Notes: generated from the letters alone by a model not told the origin. DNA of 57,045 bases from an uncultured Muribaculaceae bacterium (GCA_964486215.1 CAZALI010000005.1:1-57045); one strand, 5' to 3'. Counted from the first letter of the stretch, positions 10,193 to 20,053 are shown. Translations and numbers: made by a program.

Positions 10193-10689
10193 TGGAATTT
10201 GATAATCTAGATGAATGTATTAATGAACTATTAAAAAAAGCTTCTAAATATGCTTGTGAAGGTGTTATAGCTAATGTTGGTGGTCCTTTTGGAGCTGGAA
10301 TAATCTTAAAAGATAAAGATAAATACAAAATACTGGTAGTAGAGAGAAATAATGTTATCCAAAAGAAAGATCCTACAGCTCATGCAGAAGTTAATGCTAT
10401 TAGAAAAGCTTGTAGAAAACTAAATACTAATTTTTTAGAGAATTGTATTTTAGTTACTACAGCTAAAAGTTGTCCTATGTGTATAAGTGCTGCTATATGG
10501 GCTAAGATACCTGAAGTATATTATGCTGTTGACTACGGTTATGCTATGAAGAGTGGCTTTAAAGATAAAGATATATCTGATTATATATGTAATAAAAATG
10601 ATATTATTGATGAGATAAAAGTTAAGACTAATATTGCTGAAAAACCATTTAAAATTTGGAATACTAAGAGAGACAGGTTTAATTACTAG
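10192..10689 (+). CDS. Nucleoside/guanine deaminase (GuaD-like, CDA fold)
   Basis: GGPFGA, DPTAHAEVNAIR, CPMC and a C-terminal Tyr. Confidence 0.85.
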   Translation: MEFDNLDECINELLKKASKYACEGVIANVGGPFGAGIILKDKDKYKILVVERNNVIQKKDPTAHAEVNAIRKACRKLNTNFLENCILVTTAKSCPMCISAAIWAKIPEVYYAVDYGYAMKSGFKDKDISDYICNKNDIIDEIKVKTNIAEKPFKIWNTKRDRFNY

Positions 10690-10699
10690 GTCTCTTTTT

Positions 10700-10728
10700 T
10701 TGACTAAAAAGGCTTTCTGTGTTATAAT
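10700..10728 (+). promoter_or_regulatory. Sigma-A promoter of the NlpC/P60 gene
   Basis: TTGACT-17 nt-TATAAT with a TG extension; the -35 box overlaps the T tract of the upstream terminator. Confidence 0.7.
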
Positions 10729-10746
10729 ATTAAGCATTCGGGAGGA

Positions 10747-11763
10747 ATGGATATGTTAAAATACAGGAAGTCTATATTAAGACTTGCCTATTCACTTATT
10801 CTATTAATAATATTATTATGTGCAATAAGTAGTTATCGTAGAAATGTTATTTATTCTAGCTTGAATATTAGTTATGATAATAAAAATGTTAAATTTGGTA
10901 ATAAAGTTACAGCTGCTGATATAGTTAAAACATCTAATGCACCTTATAAGATTGTCAAAGGTTTTGATTCTACTAAGCTTGGTGAGCAAGAAATATTAGT
11001 TGAGATTACTAAGGAAGATGTTACTAAAGTAATTCCAATATACGTTACTGTAGTTGATGAAACTAAACCAGTAATCACTTTAAAGAATGAAGATGTTTTT
11101 GTTACTTTAGGTGATGAATTTAAAACTCTTGATAATATTAAATCAGTAGTTGATGATGGTGCTTCATTGAAGTATATTGAAAAGCCTAAAGAGGAAGATA
11201 GAAGTTACTATACTATTAAAGGTGTTGTTGATACTGATACTTTAGGTACATTTGAAGTAGAAGTAATTGCCGTAGATAGAGCTAACAATATTAGTAATAG
11301 TAAATTTAAGGTTTCTGTTACTGAAGATATTGTAGTACCTGAGGTAAATGAAGAAACTTCTACTACTATGAATGATTCATTACCTGCTACAGCCAATTCT
11401 GGAGATATAGTAAGTATTGCTTACTCATTAGTAGGCAGTCCATATGTATCTGGAGGTAACCAACCTGGAGGATTCGATTGTAGTGGATTTGTTCAATACG
11501 TTTATTCTCGTGTTGGTAAACAAGTTAGTAGAAGTTCATATACTCAAGCATATGATGGTGTAGCAGTTAGTTATGCTAATGCTAAGCCTGGAGATATATT
11601 AAACTTTGGACATGGTGGAGTAGTTAGTCATTCAGCTTTATATGTTGGTAATGGCTTAATGATTCATGCTACTAACCCAAGTCAAGGTGTTATTGTTAGT
11701 AGTGTAGCTGGATGGGAAAGCGGATCTATTGATAAAGTAATGGGCGTAAGAAGAGTAAATTAA
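10747..11763 (+). CDS. Membrane-anchored NlpC/P60 (C40) peptidoglycan endopeptidase with Ig-like domains
   Basis: N-terminal TM segment; PYVSGG..GFDCSGFV..HSALY..IHA. Confidence 0.9.
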   Translation: MDMLKYRKSILRLAYSLILLIILLCAISSYRRNVIYSSLNISYDNKNVKFGNKVTAADIVKTSNAPYKIVKGFDSTKLGEQEILVEITKEDVTKVIPIYVTVVDETKPVITLKNEDVFVTLGDEFKTLDNIKSVVDDGASLKYIEKPKEEDRSYYTIKGVVDTDTLGTFEVEVIAVDRANNISNSKFKVSVTEDIVVPEVNEETSTTMNDSLPATANSGDIVSIAYSLVGSPYVSGGNQPGGFDCSGFVQYVYSRVGKQVSRSSYTQAYDGVAVSYANAKPGDILNFGHGGVVSHSALYVGNGLMIHATNPSQGVIVSSVAGWESGSIDKVMGVRRVN

Positions 11764-11826
11764 TGTATTTACTCTTTTTATTTTTATGTTTTTATTCTAT
11801 AATAGGTATTGGTTGGGGACGGTAAA

Positions 11827-14091
11827 ATGAATGATTATATATTAAAAGTATTAAATAAACCAAAGAAAGGTTTATCTCGATTAGAAATATATGAAAAGAT
11901 AGAAAGAAGAATTAGTAAAGAAGATTCTTCTTTTAATGGTTTAAGTAGAGAGATGATGTCTGAAATAGATAAGTCACTTGATGAACTATTGAAGAACGCT
12001 GATGTTGTAGAAGTAAATGGTAAATATAAAGCTATTAAGAATACTTCTTTCTATAAAGGCATTTTTCATAGATTAGGATATGGTACTGGGAAAGTCGTTG
12101 TAGATAAATCTTATATGGATAAAGAGAATAATTTAATAATTAAAAGTGATGAATATATGATAGATGCTAAGTCTACTTCTAATGCATTAGATGGTGATGT
12201 AGTACTTGTAGATGTAGAATCTAATGGTAATAGAATTTATAAGATACTTGAAAATTATTTTATCGATGTATATGGAGAACTTAATTATGATAAAGATTGG
12301 GGTTATAATTTAAAACCAGTTAATAAGAAGTTAAGTGAAGTTTTTATATCTATTTCAGATGAGGATGTAGAGAAATTTAAATTATATTTAGGAGCTAGAG
12401 TTAAAGTTAAGTTGCATAGAAATAAAACTAATCATTTTCTTTTATCTGATGTAATAGAAGAACTTCCCCATAAAGATGAACCAGGTAAAGATATTTATTG
12501 GGAAGCACTTAAGCATGATATGGATAATGAATTTAGTGATGCTTCTTGGCAACAAGTTAGGAATTTACCTAGTAAAGTATTAGATACTGATAAGATAGGT
12601 AGATGTGATTTTACTAAAGATCTTATTTTTACTATAGATGGTGTTAATACTAAGGATATGGATGATGCTGTTAGCTGTAAATTACTTGATAATGGTAATT
12701 ATTTATTAGGCGTTCATATCGCAGATGTATCTCATTATGTTAAAAAAAATTCACCACTAGATTTAGATGCTTATAGAAAAGGTACTAGTACTTATGCTGC
12801 TGATACTGTTATACCTATGTTACCTCATGAACTTTCTAATGGTATATGTTCTCTTAATCCTAATACTGATAGGTTAACTATTTCTTGTTTAATGGAGATT
12901 AATCAGAGTGGGGAAGTAGTTAATTATAATATAGTTAAATCTATTATTAATTCTAAATTAAAGATGGATTATGATACAGTTAATAGTATATTAAAAGATG
13001 ATATTATTCCTTCTAGATATAATGAATTTGTAGATACACTTAGATTATTAGAAGCATTATCTTTAAAACTTAGACGTAATAGATTAATAAATGGATCTAT
13101 AGAATTTAATGTTGGAGATAGAGAAATAGCTTTTGATGAAGAAGGCAATATGCTTGGTATAAGTGATCATATTAATGATATAGCTGAAAATTTAATAGAA
13201 GAGTGTATGGTTGTTGCTAATGAAACAGTTGATAAACATTTATCTAAAATAGGAGCTCCTTGCCTACATAGAATACATGATGTTCCTAGTGAAGAGAAAG
13301 TTAGTGGATTAATTAGATTTTTAAATATAATTGGTCATCGTTATAATACTTATAGTGCTGATGAATGTATTTCTAATCCTAAGTGTATGCAGAAACTTAT
13401 AAATTTTGTAGAAGATGTTTCTATAGGTGATAATCTAAGTAAGAAAGCTATTCAGACTATGTCTAGGGCAAGATATTCTCCTAATAATATAGGACATTAT
13501 GGTTTAGGAAAAGAAAATTATTGTCATTTTACTTCACCAATTAGAAGATATCCTGATTTAGTTATTCATAGATTGCTTGATGAATATCATTTTAATGAAG
13601 ATGAAGATAAGATAACATCTTTAGATTTAATATCTATTGGTAAGCATACATCTTTAAAAGAAAAAGATGCTGACGAAGTAGAAAGATCAGTTTTAAGACT
13701 TAAATGTGCAGAGTATATGCAAGATTATGTTGGACAAGATTTTAATGCTACAGTAGTTGAAGTAGTAGGTAGTGGATTAATACTTGAATTAGATAATCAT
13801 ATGGAGGCATATGCTACATTACAAGAATTAAATAAAGAAGAGGGTAAAGCTCATTTTGAATTAGAAACTCTTTCTATTAAAACTAATAAGAATACTTATT
13901 CATTTGGTGATGAATTAAATGTTAAAATACTAAAGAATAATGATGTTTTGCCTCTACATCATAGTGAAAAAGATAAAGAAGAGTACTTAAAAGATATTTC
14001 TTCAAGAGAAGATAATCTTGATGATAAGAAAGTATATGTAAGTATAAATTCTAAAATTAATAAGTACTATCCTCATATAAAAAAGAAATAA
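11827..14091 (+). CDS. rnr: RNase R / RNB-family 3'-5' exoribonuclease (divergent)
   Basis: TIDGVNTKDMDDA, VHIADVS, LSNGICSL, HFTSPIRRYPDL and an S1-like C-terminus; ATG chosen at 11827 (ORF track starts at 11809). Confidence 0.88.
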   Translation: MNDYILKVLNKPKKGLSRLEIYEKIERRISKEDSSFNGLSREMMSEIDKSLDELLKNADVVEVNGKYKAIKNTSFYKGIFHRLGYGTGKVVVDKSYMDKENNLIIKSDEYMIDAKSTSNALDGDVVLVDVESNGNRIYKILENYFIDVYGELNYDKDWGYNLKPVNKKLSEVFISISDEDVEKFKLYLGARVKVKLHRNKTNHFLLSDVIEELPHKDEPGKDIYWEALKHDMDNEFSDASWQQVRNLPSKVLDTDKIGRCDFTKDLIFTIDGVNTKDMDDAVSCKLLDNGNYLLGVHIADVSHYVKKNSPLDLDAYRKGTSTYAADTVIPMLPHELSNGICSLNPNTDRLTISCLMEINQSGEVVNYNIVKSIINSKLKMDYDTVNSILKDDIIPSRYNEFVDTLRLLEALSLKLRRNRLINGSIEFNVGDREIAFDEEGNMLGISDHINDIAENLIEECMVVANETVDKHLSKIGAPCLHRIHDVPSEEKVSGLIRFLNIIGHRYNTYSADECISNPKCMQKLINFVEDVSIGDNLSKKAIQTMSRARYSPNNIGHYGLGKENYCHFTSPIRRYPDLVIHRLLDEYHFNEDEDKITSLDLISIGKHTSLKEKDADEVERSVLRLKCAEYMQDYVGQDFNATVVEVVGSGLILELDNHMEAYATLQELNKEEGKAHFELETLSIKTNKNTYSFGDELNVKILKNNDVLPLHHSEKDKEEYLKDISSREDNLDDKKVYVSINSKINKYYPHIKKK

Positions 14092-14179
14092 TTTATTGAT
14101 AAAAAGCGTTATAAATGTTAATATAATAAGTGATAATTATAATAGATATTATCACTTTTATTATTATGGAGATGATGAA

Positions 14180-14998
14180 ATGAATATTAATGTTTTGTCT
14201 ATACTTAGAAATTTAGTAGATATTTTCATAGTATGGGCTATATTTTACTATATATTAAAGAATATTAAGAATAATGTTAAATTAGCTCTTATATTTAAGG
14301 GCGTAATTTTCATTATGATTTTAAGTATTATTAGTAAAATATTTAATTTAGTTACTGTTAGAGTATTATTACAGTATATTATTGAATGGGGACCTCTAGC
14401 TTTGATTATTATTTTCCAACCTGAAATTAGAAATATATTGGAAGCATTAGGTAGAAGTCAATTACTTGGTAAACATAAAGTACTTAGTGTTGATGAGAGA
14501 GAAAGACTTGTATATGAGATAGTTAGTGCTTGCGATTATATGTCTAAAGAAAAGATTGGAGCTTTAATAGTACTTGAGAGAGATATTAGTTTAAGTGACT
14601 ATATTAGTAAAGCTAAGAAGATTTATGCTGATTTATCTAGTGATTTATTAGTCGCAATATTCTATGAGGGAAATCCACTTCATGATGGTGGTTGTATCAT
14701 ACAAGGAGATAGAGTTACATGTGCTGGAGCTGTATTCCCAACTAGTAGTAGTACAAAGATAGATAGAAATCTTGGTACTAGACATAGAGCAGCTTTAGGT
14801 CTTAGTGAAGAAACAGATGCAATTTGCTTAGTAGTTAGTGAAGAGACTGGTAAATTATCTGTTTGTATAAAAGGTGAAATGTTACATGACTTAAGTCTTG
14901 ATGATGTAAGAATGTTATTAATAGATGAGTTACAACCTAAAAATGAAGCAAGTGTAGAAGATGTAGAAGAGGAAGAGATTTATGAAGAAGAAAAATAA
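14180..14998 (+). CDS. cdaA: Diadenylate cyclase CdaA
   Basis: Three TM segments, FQPEIR, PLHDGG, LGTRHRAA, VVSEETG; ATG at 14180 follows GGAG. Confidence 0.95.
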   Translation: MNINVLSILRNLVDIFIVWAIFYYILKNIKNNVKLALIFKGVIFIMILSIISKIFNLVTVRVLLQYIIEWGPLALIIIFQPEIRNILEALGRSQLLGKHKVLSVDERERLVYEIVSACDYMSKEKIGALIVLERDISLSDYISKAKKIYADLSSDLLVAIFYEGNPLHDGGCIIQGDRVTCAGAVFPTSSSTKIDRNLGTRHRAALGLSEETDAICLVVSEETGKLSVCIKGEMLHDLSLDDVRMLLIDELQPKNEASVEDVEEEEIYEEEK

Positions 14999-16340
14999 TA
15001 TATTTAAGAGATTATTACATGGCTTAGCTTCATTATTTGATAAAATTCTTATTACTCCTATTATTAAATTGATGCTTAAGCTAATGGATTTAGTTAATGC
15101 TATAGGTAGATGGATAGATAGAATTTCAGCTAATAAATCATTTTTATTAGTAGCTAGTTTGATACTTGCTTTTTCTACTTTTATAATTATTGATAGAGAA
15201 AGTGATATTACTGTTGATCAATATGCAGAAATACTTTATAAACAGCCAGTAACAGCTGTATATAATGAAGAATTATATGTTGTTGAAGGTTTACCTGAGA
15301 CAGTTGATATTACTTTAGTTGGTCAAAAAAGACATATTTTCCTAGCTAAACAATCTCCATCTAAAGGTGTTAGTGTTGATTTAACTGGTTTAAAACCAGG
15401 ACAACACAAAGTAAGACTTAAATATTCACAGAGACTTAGAAGCCTTGATTATAAGTTAGATCCTAGTGAAGTAACAATTATGATTTATAAGAAAGTTAGT
15501 GCTAATAAGAGCTTGAGTTATGATATCTTACATAGTGATAATTTAGATACTAAGTTATATATTGATAAAGTTACACTAGATAGAACTGATGTTATCGTTA
15601 AAGGTAGTAAAGAATCACTTGCTAAAGTAGCTACTGTTAAGGCATTAATTGATGTTAATGATATACCTAAAGAAGCTGTTGGTGAAGTTACACTTAAGGA
15701 AGTTCCTCTAGTAGCTTATGATGCTAATGGAAAAGTAATTAATGTTGAGATTGTACCTAAGAGTGTTGATTGTAAATTAAAGATTACTTCTCCAAGTAAA
15801 GAAGTACCTATTAAGATTATTCCAACTGGTGATGTATCACTTGGTAAATCAATTAAGTCTATTGATTCTAATATTTCTAAAGTTACTATTTATGGTAAAG
15901 ATAGTGTAGTAGAGAAGTTAGATCAATTAACAGTAAAAGTTGATGTTGATAACTTAAAGAAGGATAAGACATTTAATATTACATTAACTAAGCCTGCAGG
16001 AATTACAGAATTAAGTGAAACACATATAACTGTAACTGTTAGACTTGATACTTCTGCTAGTAAAGTTATTAATAACGTTAGAATTAGAACTGAAAACTTA
16101 GCTGATAATTTAACAGTTAATGCTTTAAGTGCTAATGATAGTACTGTTGATGTTAAAGTAACTGGTAGTGCTGATGCTATTAAGAATATAACTGCTGATA
16201 ATATTAAAGCTTATATCGATCTTAAGAATGCTAAAGTAGGAGAGAATAAGTTAAAAGTTAAAGTTACTGGTGATGATGTTACTTTGAAGTATGAAGTTAA
16301 AACTAATAAAAATATTACTGTTGTAGTAATGCAAAAATAG
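14982..16340 (+). CDS. cdaR: CdaR (YbbR-repeat) regulator
   Basis: TM segment plus repeated beta-rich YbbR-like units; overlaps cdaA. Confidence 0.9.
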   Translation: MKKKNNIFKRLLHGLASLFDKILITPIIKLMLKLMDLVNAIGRWIDRISANKSFLLVASLILAFSTFIIIDRESDITVDQYAEILYKQPVTAVYNEELYVVEGLPETVDITLVGQKRHIFLAKQSPSKGVSVDLTGLKPGQHKVRLKYSQRLRSLDYKLDPSEVTIMIYKKVSANKSLSYDILHSDNLDTKLYIDKVTLDRTDVIVKGSKESLAKVATVKALIDVNDIPKEAVGEVTLKEVPLVAYDANGKVINVEIVPKSVDCKLKITSPSKEVPIKIIPTGDVSLGKSIKSIDSNISKVTIYGKDSVVEKLDQLTVKVDVDNLKKDKTFNITLTKPAGITELSETHITVTVRLDTSASKVINNVRIRTENLADNLTVNALSANDSTVDVKVTGSADAIKNITADNIKAYIDLKNAKVGENKLKVKVTGDDVTLKYEVKTNKNITVVVMQK

Positions 16341-16388
16341 TCGCAAGACTATTTTTCTTTTTATTCTTTTGTGGTATAATGATTTCGG

Positions 16389-16901
16389 GTGGTTATGATG
16401 GCACGTAAAAATAAAAGAAAACGTTATAATGTAGAAGAAAATACAAGTGTAGAGTTTAAAGCTAGTATGAAAGGTACTATTATTACTATAATAGGAGTTT
16501 TAATAGTATTAGGTTTATTTTATTTATTAACTCTTTATATAACTGCGAAAGGTGAAAAGAAGGAAATAGCTCCTGCTAATATAAGTTATGAAAAGATAAC
16601 GGTTGGTTCTATTTTAAATAGAAAAGATAAATCATATCTTGTAGTTTTATATGATAGAGAGAATGATAATGAGATTACTGCTGCTATTAGTAATTATAAT
16701 GGTAAGCATAAAGTAGATGCTTATTATGTTGATTTAGCAGATGGACTTAACAAGAAATATGTTAGTAATAAAGCTAATACTAATATAAGTGATATTAGTG
16801 AATTAAGAGTAAAGAATCCTACTATGTTGAAAGTTTCTAATAAAAAAATAGAAGAAGTATTTGATAGTAAGGAAAGTATTACTAAATACTTAAATAAATA
16901 A
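16389..16901 (+). CDS. Hypothetical single-TM protein with a thioredoxin-like extracellular part
   Basis: TM at about residues 30-52; YLVVLY..YYVDL..PTMLKV pattern without CxxC. Confidence 0.65.
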   Translation: MVMMARKNKRKRYNVEENTSVEFKASMKGTIITIIGVLIVLGLFYLLTLYITAKGEKKEIAPANISYEKITVGSILNRKDKSYLVVLYDRENDNEITAAISNYNGKHKVDAYYVDLADGLNKKYVSNKANTNISDISELRVKNPTMLKVSNKKIEEVFDSKESITKYLNK

Positions 16902-16955
16902 AGAGCATTTGCTCTTTTTATTTTGTTTATGATAAAATTATTTAGAGGCGATATT

Positions 16956-18113
16956 ATGGCTAAAAAGAATGATACATTTACTTTAACTGAAGTATTAATG
17001 ATGATGTTATTGTCTGCTTTTTTTGGGGTAGTAGTAGGCTTATTAGTTAGTCATACTAGAATAATGTTATTTGATAAGTCAGATAAACATATTGATGAGA
17101 TTGTTAGTACTTATAATAATATAGTTAATACTTATTATGGAAAGGTAAATAAAGAAGAATTAGTTAATGGAGCTATAGATGGAATGGTTAATTCTCTAGA
17201 TGATCCATATTCTTCTTATATGAATAAAGATATTTCTAAACTTTTTAATGATAATATAAATGGTTATTATGAAGGATTAGGTATAGTAGTAGTACAAGAA
17301 GATGATAAATTTGTAGTTAGTGATGTATTTAAAGATTCTCCTGCTTCTAAGGTTGGAGTAAAAAAAGATGATATTATTATAAAAGTTAATGGTAAGAGCT
17401 TAGATAATTATACTTTAAGCAAGCTAATTAGATTAATGAAGAAGAAAAAAGTTGTTAAACTTGTAGTTAAGAGAGATGGTAAAGAGAAGAAATTCACAGT
17501 AAAGAAAGATAGGGTAGAAGTACCTTCTGTTACTAAGAAAATCATAGATAAAGATATTGGCTATATAAAAATTGAGACATTTGCTTCTAATACAGGTAAA
17601 CAATTTGAAGATGAATTAATTAAATTAGAGAAGAAGAATATAAAGAGTCTAATAATTGATTTAAGAAATAATCCTGGGGGACATTTAAATCAGACAGATA
17701 GTATTTTAGATATGTTTATTACTCGTAAGAAGGTTTTATATCAAGTTAAAAGTAAAGGCAAGACTACTAAGGTATATTCTAAAACTAAAGAGGGTAGAAA
17801 ATATCCAGTTATAATACTTATGAATGAGGGCAGTGCTTCTGCATCTGAGATAGTTATAAGTTGTATGAAAGAGAATTATAAAAATATTAAACTTGTTGGA
17901 ACTATGACATATGGAAAAGGTACTATTCAGAAAGAAGTTAATTTAAAGAATGGTACTAGTTTAAAATATACAACAGAGAAGTGGTTAACATCTAAAGGTA
18001 AATGGTTAGATCATAAAAAAGGTGGAATAAAACCAGACATAGAGGTAAAAGAAGCTGAAGAGGGAGACAAACAACTAGATAGAGCAATTGAAGAAGCAAA
18101 AAAGAGTAGGTAA
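16956..18113 (+). CDS. S41 carboxy-terminal processing protease (CtpA-like, PDZ domain)
   Basis: LDDPYS, GLG..SPA (PDZ), IDLRNNPGG, SASASE, TYGKG. Confidence 0.93.
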   Translation: MAKKNDTFTLTEVLMMMLLSAFFGVVVGLLVSHTRIMLFDKSDKHIDEIVSTYNNIVNTYYGKVNKEELVNGAIDGMVNSLDDPYSSYMNKDISKLFNDNINGYYEGLGIVVVQEDDKFVVSDVFKDSPASKVGVKKDDIIIKVNGKSLDNYTLSKLIRLMKKKKVVKLVVKRDGKEKKFTVKKDRVEVPSVTKKIIDKDIGYIKIETFASNTGKQFEDELIKLEKKNIKSLIIDLRNNPGGHLNQTDSILDMFITRKKVLYQVKSKGKTTKVYSKTKEGRKYPVIILMNEGSASASEIVISCMKENYKNIKLVGTMTYGKGTIQKEVNLKNGTSLKYTTEKWLTSKGKWLDHKKGGIKPDIEVKEAEEGDKQLDRAIEEAKKSR

Positions 18114-18123
18114 CTACTCTTTT
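18100..18123. terminator. Bidirectional terminator encoded within two convergent gene ends
   Basis: AAAAGAGTAG-gtaa-CTACTCTTTT spans both stop codons. Confidence 0.75.
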
Positions 18124-18659
18124 AATAAGCAATTAATTATTAATTGATAATTATCTTTGTGAGGTGTACATGTCGTTAGAACTAGCTGATTTTTTTCATT
18201 ATCAGGTACTTTAATATTACCAGTTTTCTTTTCATTCCAAATATCATTCACAATATAGTTATATGTTTTGTTTTTATATGTAAGTATTATGAGATCATTT
18301 TTCTTTACTTTATCTAGATCTTTAAAATAGGCTATATGTCCAGTACCAGAATGAGCTGCGATTACTATTAATGAATTGTTTTTATTTGGTTCATTAGTTA
18401 TTTCTAAGACAGCTATGTTTCTATCAACATTATTCAAATAAGAATTTAATTCATATAAATTCTCTTTTAGATGGATATTTTTAATATATAATTCTCCAAT
18501 TTTATCATCTTTATATTTACTTTTTTGTATATTTCTACCTATTTTAGTAATTAAAGATTGATTAATAATTGTTTCTTCATTTATTAAACAGTAATACATT
18601 TTAATACAATTAATTATTCCTATGACTATTAAAAATGTTAATAATAATTTCTTTTTCAT
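18114..18659 (-). CDS. Sortase (atypical)
   Basis: N-terminal TM segment, IAAHSG..FKDL and LVLTTC; Gln where the catalytic Arg is expected. Confidence 0.88.
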   Translation of the reverse strand: MKKKLLLTFLIVIGIINCIKMYYCLINEETIINQSLITKIGRNIQKSKYKDDKIGELYIKNIHLKENLYELNSYLNNVDRNIAVLEITNEPNKNNSLIVIAAHSGTGHIAYFKDLDKVKKNDLIILTYKNKTYNYIVNDIWNEKKTGNIKVPDNEKNQLVLTTCTPHKDNYQLIINCLLKE

Positions 18660-20053
18660 AATAGAATAGCTAATAGTATTTCTAGTATAGATATATTTGT
18701 TTTAGTATTTGGTACTTCTATTTGATAATCTTTTAAGTTTAATACTTGATCTTTTTCATCTATAACTTTTATTTTTATTGGGTTGTTAAATGAATATCCT
18801 TCTGTAGTAGTTAATTGTTTAATAGTATAGTTACCATATGGTAAAACTATTTCTGCTTTTCCATTATTATCAGTTTTAATAGTTTTAATTAACTTGTTTT
18901 TAGTATCATAGATATTAAATTCAATATTACATTCAGGTTTTTGATGGTTCTTATTACCATATGTTTTATTAATAATTATCTTCTTTTTAATAACTTCATT
19001 AGTTAACTTTAATTCTATTTCTGTTTGATTTGGAGTTATTTCAAATGGAATTTCTTCTTCATTTAGTTTACATCCTACACCAGCCGTTAATTCTTTTAGT
19101 ATATATTTTCCATATATAAGGTTTTCTATTGATCCAGTTGAATCTTCTCCTATAGTTATTTTATCAATGAGATTATTTTCTTCATCATAGATACCAAAAA
19201 TACTATTCTTTAGTTCTGCTTCTCCAGATGGTTTAATACTATTAGTATCTTTATCTAGCTTGATTAATTTTAAATTTGTTTCTTTTACTACTATTCTTAC
19301 ATTAGCATTTTTACTATTAATATTACCTGTTTGTACTAGATTTTGACTACCATTACTAGTATAGAATAATACTGGTTTATTGTATGAATTATCTGTTCTA
19401 GTTAGAGTTATATTATAACTACCTGCCTTTAAGTCTTTTATTATTAATTTATTATCTTTGATTGTTAAACTTGAAGACTTATATTTACTTAGAACATTAT
19501 TAGTATCTATTAATTCATATTTTTGTCCTACTACTAAATTAATTTCTTTATTATTGAAAGATGGTACTTTTTCTCCTTGAGTTATTAGATTATTTATTTC
19601 GTTTATCATTCCATCATAGGTAGTTACTTTATTACCATTTAATGTATCTGTGAAGAATACTTTGTCATCGCCAGCGAGATATTTCCAAATCATTGTTTGA
19701 GTTACTGCATACCATGATTTATCACTGTGACCTGGATATCCATATCCATAATGGGCAATTTTACTAATTCTGTCTATTTGAGTACTTGTTAAATTAGATG
19801 GATTAGATTGATTATAGTCAGCAGTATCATAGAAGCCTTCAAAGACTTCTATACAGTAAGCAAATTCATCAGTACCAGTTTGTCTAAAGAAGCGAGCCTT
19901 TTGATAGTAATTAGTTCCAGTAGATGTATCTTTTTTAGTTATGTATATATTGGGAATCATTTCAGCTTCATAGAATTTATATGTAGCAGCATGTACTTTG
20001 TCACAACAAATAATAATTGCGCTTAATATTAAGAAAAATAATACTTTTTTCAT
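18656..20053 (-). CDS. Thioester-domain surface protein with SpaA/CnaB-like repeats; putative sortase substrate
   Basis: Signal peptide, AYCIE and TQTMIW thioester motifs, YGKYILKE..G and YGNYTIKQ..GY repeats, C-terminal VPNTK plus hydrophobic tail. Confidence 0.88.
   Translation of the reverse strand: MKKVLFFLILSAIIICCDKVHAATYKFYEAEMIPNIYITKKDTSTGTNYYQKARFFRQTGTDEFAYCIEVFEGFYDTADYNQSNPSNLTSTQIDRISKIAHYGYGYPGHSDKSWYAVTQTMIWKYLAGDDKVFFTDTLNGNKVTTYDGMINEINNLITQGEKVPSFNNKEINLVVGQKYELIDTNNVLSKYKSSSLTIKDNKLIIKDLKAGSYNITLTRTDNSYNKPVLFYTSNGSQNLVQTGNINSKNANVRIVVKETNLKLIKLDKDTNSIKPSGEAELKNSIFGIYDEENNLIDKITIGEDSTGSIENLIYGKYILKELTAGVGCKLNEEEIPFEITPNQTEIELKLTNEVIKKKIIINKTYGNKNHQKPECNIEFNIYDTKNKLIKTIKTDNNGKAEIVLPYGNYTIKQLTTTEGYSFNNPIKIKVIDEKDQVLNLKDYQIEVPNTKTNISILEILLAILL

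Noticed and set aside
10192-10689. Deaminase as TadA or an anti-phage dCTP deaminase
   Set aside because: GGPFGA and the terminal Tyr fit GuaD; there is no kinase fusion and no TadA-type EVPVGA motif.
14128-14159. Inverted repeat AAGTGATAAT/ATTATCACTT as a riboswitch for cdaA
   Set aside because: No aptamer motifs; more simply the terminator of the upstream RNase R-family gene or an operator.
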